Both the position numbers and the translations under genes were made by a program. Positions 49,078 to 63,431 of a stretch of DNA of 64,000 bases are shown piece by piece. This DNA comes from Squalus acanthias. Its lineage: Eukaryota. Under the pieces are notes generated by a model. The model did not search any database, was not told the DNA's origin, and saw only the letters and a list, made by a program, of their open reading frames with translations. Where the stretch lies: assembly GCA_030390025.1 (NCBI GenBank), contig CM059438.1:67334001-67398000 (forward strand). Direction: 5' to 3'. Numbering within the stretch: the stretch's first letter is position 1; each line of letters opens with the position of its first letter.

Positions 49078-49768
49078 GGGCTGGATTTTCATTGAACCGT
49101 GGAGGTGGGTTTGGAGGCGTGTGGGGGGTTAAAATTGCGAAAACTGGTGGGTGGGCACAAGCCCACCTCCATCCCGCTTCCACGCAAATTTCATGATATC
49201 GTGTCTGCTGGTCCCGACTCCGTCCCGCCTCTAAGAGGTGGGATAGGCTGTTAAGGCCCTTAACAAGCACTAAATTGCCTCTATAATGCCATTTTGAAAG
49301 GCCTTTGTGATTTTAACCCTTTTTCTACGTGAAGCACGCCTGTTCTGAACCACGAATGTGAAACCTGGCGGGAGCACATTTGGCTGGCTGGCTGATGGGC
49401 TGATGGCTATGGGGATGGATGGATGGATGCATATATGGATGGATGGAGAGGAAACATATCTGGGAGTGGTGGTGCAAAAATATCTAGGAGCAGACTTAGG
49501 GCTGCTGCTGCTCATTTAGCATCCAGGTCCTCTCGCAGCAAAGGCCAGGCAGTCTTTGCAGACCTTCAATGCAGCAGCAATGATGACATCATCAGAGGCG
49601 ACTTTCAGACTGAAAACACTAATTGGTTCATGGGGCCCCACATGCTGGAACTCAATTGCCCAATTAGGTGAAAATCGCATCAATCTCCCACATCCAATTG
49701 CAGTCAGGTGGATAACACGAAAAGTGGATGACACGACCCTAACCCGCCCCAGTATCAAAAGCCAGCCC
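49078..49768. mobile_element. Non-autonomous Harbinger derivative
   Basis: TIRs gggctggatttt / aaaagccagccc; exact TSD TAT; left TIR is identical to the reverse complement of the copy-2 right end. Confidence 0.88.
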
Positions 49769-50269
49769 TATGACTCTATAATTCTTTATTTTGTTCTTTT
49801 CTCCTCCCCTTTATTTTCTACTCAGTGCTGAAACCAATAAAAGCCTTGTTGCTGAATATATACTACAAGTGGGTCTAATTTTCCATCCTAAATGACTGGA
49901 GCAATTACACGTTTGAAGTACTTGGTCCCAAATCACTTTTTCAACATTTAGGTCAATTACAAAAGAAGGGGTGTGTGGATAAAAAAACAATGGTTCATAT
50001 TTTGAACACACACACCTCAAAGACTTGTAAGGGAAATCCATCAACAATGGTCTCAAAAGAATTACAAGTACCTTATTTTTGTCAGTAATCCCAGGCATCA
50101 AACTCAACATAAACTAATAGGGTGAGATGAATTAGAGTTTGAGGAAGCTCATGTGGAACCTGAGCAGTTGGGCTGAATGGCCTGTTTCTGTGCTCCAAAT
50201 TCTATGTAATTCTATGTAACAACTGTAGAAAACAACTTTAGCAAATTTAGTGACCTAGACAGTAGTTTC

Positions 50270-51870
50270 AAGTGCTCGAGGCAGCCATTCGGCCCATCGT
50301 ATCTATACCGACACTTTGCCAGAGCAAGCCAAAACAAATTCCCCTGTCCCACGCTCCCTCCCCTCAGCCCTGTATCTTCATCTGCTTCAAATATTTAAGA
50401 ACATAAGAACATAAGAAATAGGAGCAGGAGTAGGCCACTTGGCCCCTCGAGCCTGCTCCGCCATTCAATAAGATCATGGCTGATCTTGGGCTCAAAGCCA
50501 CTTCCCTGCCCGCTCCCCATAACCCTTCACTCCCTTATCTTGCAAAAATCTGTCTATCTCCACCTTAAATGTATTTAATGACCCAGCCTCCACGGCTCTC
50601 TGGAGCAGAGAATTCCACAGATTTACGATCCTCTAAGAGAAGAAATTCCTCCTCATCTCAGTTCTAATAGGACGACCCTTTATTCTGAAACTATGCCCCG
50701 AGTTCTAGATTTCCCCACAAGGGGAAACATCCTCTTTGCATCTACTTTGTCGAGCCCCCTCAGTATCTTATATGTTTCAATAAGATCACCTCTCATTCTT
50801 CTAAATTCCAATGAGTATAGGCCCAACCTGCTCAACCTTTCTTCATAAGTCAACCCCCTCATCTCTGGAATCAACCTAGTGAATCGTCTCTGAACTGCTT
50901 CCAATGCAAATATATCCTCCTTAAATAAGGAGACCAAAACTGTACGCAGTACTCAAGGTGTGGTCTCACCAATACCCTGTACAGTTGTAGCAGGACTTCC
51001 CTGCTTTTATACTCCAACCCCCTTGCAATAAAGGCCAACATTCCACTTGCCTTTTTGATTACTTGCTGTACCTGCATGCTAACATTTTGTGTTTCATGCA
51101 CAAGGACCCCCAGGTCCCTCTGAACTGTAGCATTTTGTAATCTCTCTCTATTTAAATAATAATTTGCTTTTTTATTTTTCCTGCCAATGTGGATAACCTC
51201 GCACTTTCCCACATTATACTCCATCTGCCAAATGTTTGCCCACTCACTTAGCCTGTCTATATCCCTTTGCAGATTCTTTGAGTCCTCTGCACAACTTGCT
51301 TTCCCACCCATCTTTGTATCATCCGCAAACCTGGCTACATTACACTCGGTCCCTTTATCCGCATTTTACTTAAAAAAAGACAATGCTGTCTGCCACAACC
51401 ATTCCCTGTGGCAAAGCAGTCAACACTCCAGCAACCATTTGTGTGAAGAAAATGCTTGTAACCTCTGTTCTAACTTAGTGGCACATTTAAATTGTTGAAA
51501 CTTTGTCACTGACCCCCAAACAGAAGAAATTGTCTTTCTCTATTCACGCTATCAAAACTCTGTATAATTTTTTTAAAAAAACCTCTGTTGAACCTCCTCT
51601 TAGCCTCTCTGTTCCAACAAAAATAGTCCCAGTATCTCAAATCACTCTTCATATTTATAATTTCCCAACTGTGGCATCTTTGCTGTATGACTTTAATGCC
51701 CTTACTATAATAGGGGTCCAAAGACTGCCTACGGTACTCCAAACAATGGTCTGACCATTGCCTTGTACAAATTTGCACTTACTTCTTTGATCTTATACTC
51801 TGCGCGTCTGGGTATAAAACCCAAAATGCCACAGGCCCTTTTTATTGTTTTATCTACCTGCAGTTACACT
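50270..51870 (-). mobile_element. Older CR1 3' part with a younger CR1 (50396-51353) nested inside
   Basis: Younger copy starts taagaacataagaacataagaaataggagc and encodes WQMEYNVGKCEVIH..LVRPHLEYCVQFWSP; the older copy resumes after it. Confidence 0.85.
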
Positions 51871-53684
51871 TTTAGCACACACAGATGTAAAGAAATCAGA
51901 ATTGAAAGGAATAGATCAGAAATGCACACCTCATCATGCAAGGATATCAGTGCATAGTGGGGAGGCTTTTGTACCTCATTTACCTTATAGTGTTGCCTTT
52001 GACGGAAAGCACGCCGTCATTTATAATTCCGTAAACTAAATAAAGCAACAGCTGTGACTTTGAGCATTCCCTAAGAGAGTGTTTTCAAGATGCCTCCCAC
52101 TGTTGGATGTTGCCAGTGGGAAATATAAACACAGGCTGCAATCAGCAGTTAGATCATGTTGTCCCATCTGGCTTCTGCCCATTATGGCCATTACAGTAGA
52201 GGTAAAAAGCAAATAAAATTATTAATAGTGGAAATCTGGAAAAAAAAAATCCAAAAAGCTGGAATGACAAAGTGGGTCTCTCAGCATATGGAAAAAACAT
52301 GGTGAGACATCTTTTTTTTTGGAATGAGTTCCACCGCATAGAAACCTCCCAGCTTCATTCCGCGCTTTTAGAAGAGTTAGCGGATCTCAGTAATGGTGCT
52401 ACAGTTGGCTACAGTGCGAGGGAAATGAAAAACAAGCCACCTGCAGTGTTGGAAAGTGCCTTTGTGTGGATGTTGGGTGAGGACCGGATCACGCTCTGCC
52501 CTCGCCTGATCGTGAACCCAACACCCACCAACCAAGGTTCACACGCAAACAGTGGCATCGGTGGAACTGCTCTACAGCATGAGTCAGTGCCTTCGGGAAA
52601 AAGAAAGCAATTTTTCTTCAATTTGAGCTTTGACCTGCATGATAAAACAACTTGAATTCTGAGTAAGGAAGCATTTAGTATACACATGTCAGCATAGTTC
52701 TGTCAGTCCTTGAATCATCTGATGGTGTTGGATTTTGTAAAGATAGTCTCAATTTTCCTCGCCACAGCCTTTGATCATTTATCTACTTCTGCAAATTTAG
52801 CTAACTAGGTTTATTTTAAGGCTGTAATTATTTGCATATAAAGGGCTTTCACTATCTAGACTCAGATGTTTGCAAAATTACACTTATCCCTTGTTCTGTG
52901 TATGACTGAGGTCCTAGTAATGGGAACATCTGCTTGCAATCACTTTTGAGCTCTCGTCATAATCTGTTAAATATCTTGATGGAATCGGTTGTAACTTGTG
53001 AAGAAATTTATTTCTGTGAATGTTATTGTAGGAATGAATGGTTTAGAGATTACTGTTGCTGAGGTTAATTGATGAATTCCAGTGTTGTATTCAACAATAC
53101 TGCTCTGGATTTCGAGACAAAGGTTATGACAATGGGGTGAAAGCAGATATAAAAATAATGGGCAGCCATTTTTTTTCCAGAAAGCATATTGATCAAAAAT
53201 CAGAACAACCAGAAGTCATGGACAAGAAGTGTATAGTTTTGTATTGAGCAACAAAAACATAATTTTTGGAAGAAGTAAAATTCAGTTCAGCTCGAAGCAC
53301 AAATTACAGCTTCTTTTCCCGTATGTTTCGACCATTTTCTCTCCTGAAGGTGCCCTGTTAAACTGGGACATAGCTCCATGGCTGTTAGCAACTTCCCAGT
53401 AACATAGTGGCCATTCTTCACATGTAAGGCTAGACAGTGAACGTCACAGTGCTGGGCACCACACCTGAGCCCAATCCTGACTTCATCCTCATATCAACAA
53501 TGCACTTCCCAGCACAGGTCACTGGATAATAATCAGCAGCACCAACCGTGGCTGTTTCCACCCTCCGTAGCCCAGAGGTGCTGAGGCTGATTCCAGCAAC
53601 CATAACTAAACCCGTGACGTGAACTAATTTAGCACATAACTAATGCTTGATCCTGGGGCCCTCCAGTCATTGATAATTAAAGAA

Positions 53685-54020
53685 GTTGATAGGGTAGATA
53701 AAGAGAAACTATTTCCTCTGGAGGAAGAGTCCAGAACAAGGGGGCATAGCCTTAAAATTAGAGCTATTGTTCAGGAGTGATGTCGGGAAGCATTTCTTCA
53801 CGCAAAGGGTAGTAGGAATCTGGAACTCTCTCCTTCATATGGCTGTTGAGGCTAGGTCAATTGAAAATGTCAAAACTTAGATTGGTAGCTTTTTGTTAGA
53901 TAACAGTATTAAGGGATATGGAACCAAGGCGGGTAAATGGAGTTAAGATACAGATCAGCCATGCTCCAATTGAATGGTGGAGGCTCGAGAGGCTGAATGG
54001 CCTCCTCCTGTTCCTATATT
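53685..54020 (+). mobile_element. CR1 3' end
   Basis: ttcttcacgcaaagggtag..tggaactctct..gatcagccatg..gaatggcctcctcctgttcct. Confidence 0.85.
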
Positions 54021-54208
54021 GTGTACCACGCCTCATTCTGCAGTTTCTAATTTGGGTACAGTATTTAGAAGCGTGACCTATCAACCACATCATGGCAGAT
54101 TGTGATAACTAATTAAGAAATTGCCAAGCATAATTGTTGACGTTCTAATTACTAAACAGCAGCATGCGCAACAAAGAAGTCTTTACACAAAGTGCTTTGA
54201 AACTCTAT

Positions 54209-55099
54209 GGGGGAGAAATTCAGTATCGCCCCGTTTGGAGTGCAGTTATCGGCCGGGCGCAAAGATTAGTGCCTGGCGCTAATTATCGCCTCCGAATGCA
54301 AGCTTGACTTTTATCGCCCCTGGAGGTGATTGGAGCGCTAAACCAGGCGCTACACATCTGTCTTAAGGCGCAAAGGTCGAGGAGCGAGGCGCTAACTCAG
54401 AGCGCTGGCGAAGCTCATGTGATGTCAGTCAGCAATGGAACACAGACACAATGGCGCCGGCACAGTTCTTAAAGGGGAGGGTTGATCTTGCTCTCCATCC
54501 ACATCCTGCTCATTGCAGCCTTGAATCACGGCCTGGAGAGGTCTCTACATCAAATCTGCTGGAAAGAACAATGGAGAGTACCAGGGAAAGAGCTCAGAGT
54601 GCAGCCCCCACAGTCTTTTCTAAATCGATACAAGGAAGGGCAAATCAAAAAGAACCTGGAAGTGCTGCTCAGTACCCAAAACTCCTTCACACAGCGTTGA
54701 ATCTCTCCAGAAGTCTCTCTCTCTCTCTCAGAATGCATGGTTCAAAAATGTCACCAACAAAAAAAGGCAGGAAGCGGTCGCCTTTAAATAGCGTTCCCCC
54801 AGTCCCTTCCTGACTGCAAAACGCTCCCCTCAACCTGTCGTTGCTAGCGGCAGGCGGTAAGGCAGGGGGCGCCACTCAATATCCGCTCCGGGGCGCTACC
54901 GGGGCGTTGCGCACTCGACTGACGTCACGATCTGCCGGCGCAGGAGATCGTGGCGGTAGTGTTTAGCGCCGCCCCAAAATGTCTAGTTAATTTCGCGAGC
55001 GGAGCAAACATCGCCGCGCCCGGGCGCTAGTTGCTTTGCGCCCCATTAGCGCCCTCTTAAGGCGCTAACGGGAGGCGCAAACAACTGAATTTTTCCCCC
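54209..55099. mobile_element. CpG-rich non-autonomous DNA transposon (Harbinger-type)
   Basis: 16-bp TIRs gggggagaaattcagt / actgaatttttccccc (1 mismatch); exact TSD TAT. Confidence 0.88.
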
Positions 55100-55904
55100 T
55101 ATGGTTTTATGAAGATCAGTCTGGGGCCTTACTGGTGCAAACTGGAAAGCTGCAGTCCTGCTGATCAAATGAATTGAATTTGCTTTCGACCTGCCATATG
55201 TAATAACACTGATATCTATGACGAGATAAAAATGGTGGGGGGTAGAAATGATACAGAAATATTATTATAAGATCAATATGACTCTGATTAACCTTATTCG
55301 CGTTATAAAATGGATACACTTCTGGTATTTATTGCGAGTTTCTCGGTGAAGCACCATCATCGAGAAAGTAATTGGGTGCCTCAAGAACTTTGTTAGCAAA
55401 TTGGGTTATAAAAATTGCCTTTCTATGAATTTTAAATGACACATTACATCTTCCCATGAATAAAATAAGATCAAAGCCACGGGATATTTTATTGAAAGTC
55501 ATAAAATGAATTTGTAGCCAGGCCGGGAATGAAATTGACTTGACATGGAGATGAAATTTGTAAGTGAGAACTTATTGATTGTCCCCATCACTATTCTGCT
55601 AGTAATTTTGCCACACGTCTGTTCCTGTATTTCACTTCATTATTTATGCTGTAAAAATGCTATTCCAATGATAATAACACCTTCATTTACAAGAAGACAT
55701 ATAGCATCAGTGCTAAAAATAATGCAACAGCATCTTGTAAGGGGTTGACAACAACTGCTGACATTGTGTATTGAAGCTGTTCTGACTGCTTCATGTCACG
55801 TTCTCCTGTTTGATTTTGGTGATGCACTGATTAAAGGGGAACAAATTAGCGCGGTGTTTTTTTTTTGTTTAAAATTATTCTTTTTAAAAAGTCAAAGATA
55901 TAAC

Positions 55905-56724
55905 GGCCCACAATTTGCTGTGAAAAACATGGCAAGGCTAACAGCACTCGGCGCTGTTTATGTGCAAATGCTACAGCAACTTCAGGCGAGGGCTGACGGG
56001 GGGGATTAAGTGCGGAAATCCAACAGTTGCTGTCCGAGATGCGCCACTACGCCGTTAGTTTCACGGAAATGTCTGGCTCACCATTGGAATGCATTGAATG
56101 GCGTGAGGCTGCTGTACTTGCACAGTAGATACGAACTAAACTCGCCACAGAAAGTTAGAGCCGGTTTAAAGTGACGTAAGGAGCCCGTCTTGGAGCCACT
56201 TAAAGTCCGTGTATATGTAATTAAGCCTGGATTAAATGTCAGAGATTCTTTTAACAATGTGCTAAGTGTTAATTACTGGCACCGAAAATTAACTATTACA
56301 AGTGTGGAGTCTCATTCCTTCAGGTTTTAATTATTGTTGGATATTTAAAAATGTTTAATTTAAATGTTTTTAAATCTTTTCTTGTGTCTCTTTTTCTCTC
56401 TCTCATAATCCAATCTTTCTTTCCCTCTCTTTATTTCTCTTTCTGTACCTGATTTGACGTTGAATTCACCCACTCTAACTTACACTTCCTTCTCAGTCCT
56501 GGCGCCGTCAATTTCTCAATCCTTCAGTCTGATTGGTTAAGAAGTCACGCCCTGGCTTTCCATGTTCACTCAGGTTCCAGATGCTCGGTTTCCCTCGCTG
56601 CTAGTTTTTCAGCTCGCACTTTCAGCAACTTGCAGCGCAAAATATTGTTGAGATTAAACAGGCAAGGGCAAATCTAACTTATGGCAGACGCCGTTAGATT
56701 AATTCCGACAGCAAATTATGGCCC
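55905..56724. mobile_element. Non-autonomous transposon related to 24410-25962, in reverse orientation
   Basis: TIRs ggcccacaattt / aaattatggccc; gtgtggagtctcattccttcag..aattattgttgga is the reverse complement of ~25563-25601; flanks AAC/AAT. Confidence 0.72.
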
Positions 56725-57104
56725 AATAAATTGTACCCGCAAGTGTCCAAATGGGACAATAGTCCAATTAGGTTAATCAGTATCAGCATGCACAAGTCAT
56801 GCATCCATTCATCACCTGATGAGCAAAAGAGAGTAGAGTTTGGATGAAAATCTCAGTGGCAAACAATTAGGGCTGCAATACTGACTTTAATATATAAAAC
56901 GTTTTGACATACATTATTAGCTTTTGTTAAAGCTCATTTCTTCTGACAGTTGGCAGAGAGCAAAGAGGAATTTCTAAGGGTGGATGTCATGCCACTTGAG
57001 ACATCTCACTCATTAGGACTAACAATCACCTACAATGGTTTAAAATTGTAACTATTTGATGTACATTAATCTTAAACAGCCAAAAACAGTGACTGGCTTG
57101 GAAT

Positions 57105-57490
57105 CCATATAAGATTCTGATGGGGCTTGACAGGATAGATGCAGGGAGGATATTTCCCCTCGTGGGGGAATCTAGAACTAGGGGGCATAGTTTCAGAATA
57201 AGGGGTTGCCCATTTAAAATGGAGATGAGGAGGAATTTCTTCTCTCAGAGGGTCGTGAATCTTTGAAATTCTCTATCCCAGAGAGCTGTGGAGGCTGGGT
57301 CAGTGAATATATTCAAGGCGGAGATCGACAGATTTTTGAAAAACAGGGGAATCACGGGTTATGGGGAGCGGGCAGGAAAGTGGAGTTGAGGCCAAGATCA
57401 GATCAGCCATGATCTTATTGAATGGCGGGGCAGGCTCAAGGGGCCGAATGGCCGACTCCTGCTCCTATTTCTTACGTTCTAATGTTCTTA
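57105..57490 (+). mobile_element. CR1 3' end
   Basis: YKIL.GLDR..RTRGHS; tail ttcttacgttctaatgttctta. Confidence 0.88.
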
Positions 57491-58339
57491 TAATCCATGT
57501 TACTCTCATTGGTTGGAACAGTTCCTTCCTTATTGACAGCTCTGTATACAATAATGCATGAGCCAGTCGTTATTGAGACAATTGAGGATCTTTTGGGAAG
57601 TTTCACACTTTGCTCTGATTTATCTCTCTTTTCTCATGAAGATGTTTGGGTCGGTTTCTCACTACGTATTTTAAATGTTCTTGTGCTTGTCCACCACACT
57701 GATGCTCGCAGTAAAGACAGCAGGTGCAGAGCATATTCCCAAGACGCTACTTGCCTCCCAAGTTGACAAGGCTTAAAATATGGTGATACTCGCTGCCATC
57801 ACATTGCTACTCTTGCAGTTTGTTTAAGTGGTGGAACGATAAATGTCCTCCCATTTCTTCAGGTAACTATTGCTACGTGCTACCCATGGTATTCCCAGGT
57901 CTGGATGATATTGCTTCAGTTGAGCTAACAATACATTACTTTTGTTGCCCCAGATGAATTATTGAGCACTTAACTCCCATCCCAGAGAGATCACAAGCTT
58001 GTCTACAGGGGCTCCATGTCATTCATATTTGCGTGATTCACTAGCAGACTGGCTTTAATAAATGTATTTTTCTGGGTCACTTATCAGGACCTGAATATTA
58101 CTGATAAACTTTATTGATCATTGGCTGTATTTTTTCTGTTTACGCTCCAGTGAAGTACCATGCGACATTTTACTACGTAAATGCAAATTGTTTTGTTTTG
58201 TTTTGTTTTTCTGAAAGGTCTAATTTCATACAGTAGATTGTGTTGGCTGATTTAGCACAACTGAGTTATTTTTTTTTCAACCAACGCTTCTCCCTTTCAA
58301 CACTTCAGGTGAAAATATCACTGGCAACATGATCTTGTT

Positions 58340-59200
58340 CGCTAATGCCCTACGCTCAGTTGAAGCAGAAGGCATTCTATACATTTAAGGCGCTTAACTC
58401 ACAGGAGAACAGGGAAAAGTATTGCATGCAATTAAGGGAGACAAAAAGAGCCATAAGGAAGCCAAGAGATCTCTGGAAAAGTAGATGGTGTGTAACTGTG
58501 GCAGTAACAGCAAAAGCTTTTTCAGAAGTCAGAAAGACCATCTGAGGCCACTAATGAATACTGCAGGGCAGATTCAAACTGATTCTCAGGTTATGGCAGA
58601 GCTGCTAAATGACTATTTTATATCAGTCTGTACTCCTGTAGATAATGCTTATGTTCCAGATTGGGGGGGGGGGGGGGGCGCGGGGTGCCCTGTATTGAAT
58701 AGCATTATTAATATTAAAATAGATAGCAATGTAATCTTGGATAGATTCGGAAAGCTCAAAATTGATAGGGTTCCAGGTCCAGATAATATCCATCCAATGG
58801 TGCTTAAGGACATGGGACAGGTGCTCTGTGAGCCTCTCCCATATCTTCAATAGTTCAGTAGAGTCCGGGGTAGTTCCCTTAGACTGGAAGCCAGCTCATT
58901 TAGTTCCTATTTTCAAAAAAGTGGATAAATCAGAGCCAGGGAACTACAGGCCTATCAGCCTGACATTCATTATTGGGAAGATGCTAGAAGGGATCGTAAG
59001 AGATGCCCTTTAAGATCACTGGGAAAGGGAAGGGGTCATTAGAAATTCACAACACGGCTTCTCAAAAAATAGGTCGTGCCGAACAAATGTGATAATTTTT
59101 TTGAGGAAGTCACTGGGGTAATGGATAAGGGAAATCTGGTACACATTGTCTACTTGGATTTTCAGAAAGCCTTTGATGAATTACTTCACATTAGGTTACT
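58340..59200 (+). mobile_element. Degenerate CR1 ORF2 internal fragment
   Basis: PGPDNIHP.VLK, VPLDWK..PIFKK..PGNYRPISLT, QHGF and YLDFQKAFD motifs. Confidence 0.85.
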
Positions 59201-60030
59201 TATATAGAATTATATAGAGTATACAGCACAGAAACAGGCCATTCAGCCCAACTAGACTCAGCTGATGTTTATACTCCGCACAAGGCTCCTCCCATTCCAT
59301 CTGTCTTATCTCAGCCTTTCAGCATATCTTTCGACCCCATTTTCACTCATGTACTCGTCTAGTTTCCTTTTGAACGCATCTAAGCTATTTCCCTCAACCA
59401 CTTCCTGCGGCAGTGAGTTCCACATTCTAACCACTCTCTGAGTAAAGAAAATTCTTCTTAGTTCCCTATCGGATTTATTAGTAACTACCTTGGCCGCGAT
59501 TTTGCCGGCGCTCAGAGGGCGGGTTTGGAGGGGGATCCGCTGTCAAAATCACAATGATTGATGTCGGGGTGGGAACCTGTTGCGAACCCGTCTCCATGGA
59601 AGTTTCCAAAGCGTGGGTCTGCGATTTCAGAACAGACCCGACACCAAGCGGCGGGGGAGGCATTTAGGATACTTAACTTCTTATTAAGTGCTTGTTAAAG
59701 ACTATTTTGGCAGCCTTTTTGGACCTTCCCACATTTTCAACAAGCTTCACATCGTTCGGAGATCACGTCAGGTAAGTATGTCGGGAGTTCAATCGAGCTG
59801 AATAGTTCCCAGCTGTAACTGCAGTATAAAATCTAACCTTTCACATCTGTTCAGTTTGCAATGTCAGAATTTGTTGATTTCAGGATTGGGAAGACACATT
59901 TGATCTGTATTGAGGCTGTAAGTGTATGTTGTAAACTCCATATGCACTGTCACCAACTTGGATTAGCCTCTCTCCCCAGAGACTGATTTCATCTACCATC
60001 TCATCCTCAACTGCCATATATAAGAGCAGA

Positions 60031-61278
60031 ATGGGAACCATTTATACTCTCTCACCCGGGACCTCAGAATCGGAAGATGATTATCCGCAGCAGCAGCAGA
60101 ACCAGGAACACCAGCAGCGCCAACAACAAGAGCACCAACCTTCTTCTCAACCACTTGCTGCTGCACAGGGCAGAGGCCTTCAGCGCAGGGCTGCACCGCG
60201 CCGCATGAGATACCCCCAACACAGGGTTTACAGGCAGAGGATGAGCTTCCTCAACATGACTGAGCAGCAGTGCCAAAGGAGGCTGAGACTTTCGCGAGAG
60301 GTAGCCGCTGACATTTGCACAATGCTCGATCAAGACCTGCAGCCCAGAGGAGCGGGTGGACACGCCTTACCAGTGGCTGTCAAAGTCACCACTGCCCTCA
60401 ACTTCTTTGCCTTAGGCTCCTTCCAGGGATCAGCAGCAGACATTAGCGGCATCTCCCAGTCGGCCGCCCACAGATGCATCACGCAGGTCACCGATGCCCT
60501 CTTTGACAAGTCCGCAAATTACATCCACTTTTCCACTGATCATTTCAGTGTAACTGAGCGGTTGCTCGGCTTTGTCAATCTGGCTGGCTTCCCACAGGTG
60601 CAGGGCGTCATCGACTGCACCCATGTGGCCATCAGGGCACCCCATCAGAACCCAGCAGCATTTGTCAACCGCAAGGGCTTCCACTCCCTTAACGTGCAGC
60701 TGGTGTGCAACCATAGAAAGAGCATCATGCATGTGTGCGCGAGATTCCCTGGCAGCTGCCATGACTCTTACATCCTGCACCAGTCCACTGTCCCTCAGCT
60801 CTTTGCACCGCTAAACGAACTTTCCAGCTGGCTCCTTGGAGACAAGGGCTATCCCCTGAAGACGTGGCTAAAGACACCATTGAGGAGGCCCTCAAACGAG
60901 TCTGAGGAATGCCAGAATCAAAGCCACATTTCCACCCGAACTCTCATAGAGCAAACAATAGGGTTGCTCAAAATGCGCTTCAGATACCTGGACAGATCTG
61001 GCGGAGCCCTTCAGTACGCACCAGCCACGGTCTCCAGAATTGTTGTTGTGTGTTGCGCCCTGCACAACATCGCACTGCAGCGAGGATTAGCACTGCATGA
61101 GGAAGAAGGCGCAGAGCGTACAACCTCTGCAGAGGAGAAGGAGGAGGAGGAGGAGGACCAGAATGAGGGTCAGCAAGAGGAAGACCTGGAGGAGGCGGCT
61201 GACCCAGTACAACCAGCACACAAGCACATTGCTGCCCGTGATGCCAGGGATGGCCTAATCAATGCCAGATTCATGTAG
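60031..61278 (+). CDS. Harbinger transposase (HARBI1-like DDE nuclease), intact 415-aa ORF
   Basis: HTH-like [68 protein letters not shown] and CCALHN motifs. Confidence 0.9.
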   Translation: MGTIYTLSPGTSESEDDYPQQQQNQEHQQRQQQEHQPSSQPLAAAQGRGLQRRAAPRRMRYPQHRVYRQRMSFLNMTEQQCQRRLRLSREVAADICTMLDQDLQPRGAGGHALPVAVKVTTALNFFALGSFQGSAADISGISQSAAHRCITQVTDALFDKSANYIHFSTDHFSVTERLLGFVNLAGFPQVQGVIDCTHVAIRAPHQNPAAFVNRKGFHSLNVQLVCNHRKSIMHVCARFPGSCHDSYILHQSTVPQLFAPLNELSSWLLGDKGYPLKTWLKTPLRRPSNESEECQNQSHISTRTLIEQTIGLLKMRFRYLDRSGGALQYAPATVSRIVVVCCALHNIALQRGLALHEEEGAERTTSAEEKEEEEEDQNEGQQEEDLEEAADPVQPAHKHIAARDARDGLINARFM

Positions 61279-61546
61279 CTTTATGCAGCACAGACATGTG
61301 GCTGCCACATACACATGAAGGTTGGCATTACCACACTGCACGCCATAGAGCATCTCTACAATGAACTGTTCAATCCTTGCACTGTCACCACCATTGCTGG
61401 ACAATAAAGGCGCCCTTACCCTTGTCTGTCCCACCTCAATTTGTGACCACACATATGGCAACAACATCAATCATTCACAAAACATTACTTTAGTCTGAGA
61501 CTTAGCATTAATTTATAGGAAAACATCCAATTGACTACCCTAGTGA

Positions 61547-63431
61547 CTATTTATGTGTGACCTTTCTTTTTTGCGTGCTTCCAGGAGGTGCTAGCCCTGT
61601 GGCTTCACCAGATGTAGAGGCAGGCTGCTCACTTCATGGCTGCACCTGCTTAGATGCCTTTGGTGGTCGTCCTCTGGGTTTTGGAGCCTTTGAGGGCTCC
61701 CGCCAAAGTCTGCTGCTCCTGCGGCTGTGCAGGGGCAGACTCGGCCATCAGTGTTCGGGGAGGCATCTGGGGCTCTGACCGAGGGGTTGGCAATGGGGGA
61801 GGGAGGGAAGTTGGAGCGCTTGGAGAGGAGCCCCCACTTCCATGTCCCCTCCCACCATCATCTCTCTCATGGGCCACCCGCACTTCTCTGCTAGCAAGTA
61901 GCTGGAGAGCACCTTGCTGCACATCAGTGGGGCCATGAGGACCCATTTCTGTGCTGACATTCCTCATAACAAGGACATCCATGAACCTCTGGTTTCTCTC
62001 CTCAATAGATGCCCATCTATCCTCTATAGATGACCATCTATTTAGAAGTGTTACCATATTCTCCTGAGTCTGGCGATTTATGTCCTCCATGGAAGTGGCC
62101 ATCCTTTCCATGGCAGAACCGACAGTTGCCAGTGCGTGTGCCATGGCGTTGCTCATATTTGAGATGGACTCCTCCATTCTCTGCACACTCACAGTCACCA
62201 CGGTTGCTAACCCAGTCAGAGCCTCCTGCACTTGTTCCCGAAGTTCCAGGATCGCTCTCTTCCTGAATGGCCCCCGAGGCTCAGCATCTACATGCAGCTC
62301 AGTAGAGCTAGGAGACTCCTGCGGCCACTGCTGTCCCTGTCTCCACCATCTGCTCTTGCTCTCTTGTGACTTGTGATACACCAGGTGACAACACTACTCT
62401 ATTTTGCATAGGACCCAGCGAGGTGTGCGTTTCTGCGCTGGTGCTGGGTGCGTTCATTTCTGCTGTCGCTGCTCTGAGGAGTCCTCCTGCTCTTCCTCCT
62501 GGACAGTGGGGAGGGGGGCTCTTGATGGTCCTGTGGGAGAGTAAAAACATGAGCTAGACACGTGATAGGTAGATTGCAGACACATCCCATTGTGCACATG
62601 ATTAGCATTCAATTTCTATTGACATTAGATCCCAATCGAGCTATTCATGATTGCAAAATAAGATGTCTGGAAAATCATTCTGACACCAGGTTGTTCTAAT
62701 GATCCCCTCTCTCCGACCCCCACTTCAGGCTGCTCAACTTCTCCAGCGATCTCCAGAGCTGCCTCCTCAGCTCTGGTGAGATCAGCAAGCGATGGTGGTC
62801 CTCCTCCTGTTCTCTCCCTCTCCCTCTTATTGTGAGCATTCTTTTCCTGCAATGAGGGAAAAAAGCGCAGTTTTAGTGAGAGTGATGAAATTAGTGTAAA
62901 GAATGGATAGCCTAGATGTTTAGAGGGAGGCTATGATGGAGTGGGGTGCCAATACCAAGTTGCCTCCTTTTGAGTTGTTAGTTGTTGTCATTACATAGCG
63001 TTGAGGTTGAGTGTGAGGGGTGCATAGTAAGATGGGGATGTGATTCTGTACATAGGGAGAGAGGGATGGGTGATGGTGCAAGGGATGTTGGGGTGAGTTA
63101 GGATGTGCAGGAGTAGGGTTGGCAATGCAGAGTGTTGGGAATGTGATCACAGGCATAGAAGAATTAAGGTTAAGTGTGCTTTTATACTCACTTTTCCTGA
63201 ATGCAGGAGATCATTGAACCTCTTCTTTCATTGGACCCAGGTGCGAGCAACAACAGACCTTGCAGTGACCTCCTCAGCTATTTGCAGCCAGGCTGCCTTG
63301 GTCTGGTGAGGAGGTCTCCTCCTTCCATCTCCAGGGAACAGAGCCTCCCTGCGTCCTATGACTCCCTCCACAAGAACATGGAGGGAGTCATTGTTGAAGC
63401 GTGGCGCAGCCCTCTGTCTCTGTGCAGTCAT
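61547..63431 (-). pseudogene. Harbinger Myb/SANT-like gene, 3 exons (63431-63192, 62846-62687, 62530-61547), disrupted
   Basis: APRFNNDSLHVLVEGV..REALFP..AWLQIAEEV..RTWVQ*KKRFNDL; TGA at 63228-63230 where copy 1 has TGC; GT-AG sites conserved with copy 1. Confidence 0.85.

Larger units (their letters stand above)
46957..49783 (+). mobile_element. CR1 LINE 3' part interrupted by a solo LTR and a MITE
   Basis: MHFGRTNK..DRVDRKE|pFPLVEGS..RGH reads through once 47424-48882 is removed; the tail is split by 49078-49768. Confidence 0.88.

Noticed and set aside
60031..61278. Calling this the domesticated host gene HARBI1
   Set aside because: It sits between TIRs with a TSD, inside a CR1, next to a Myb-like partner, and has a second copy in the window; it is transposon-borne
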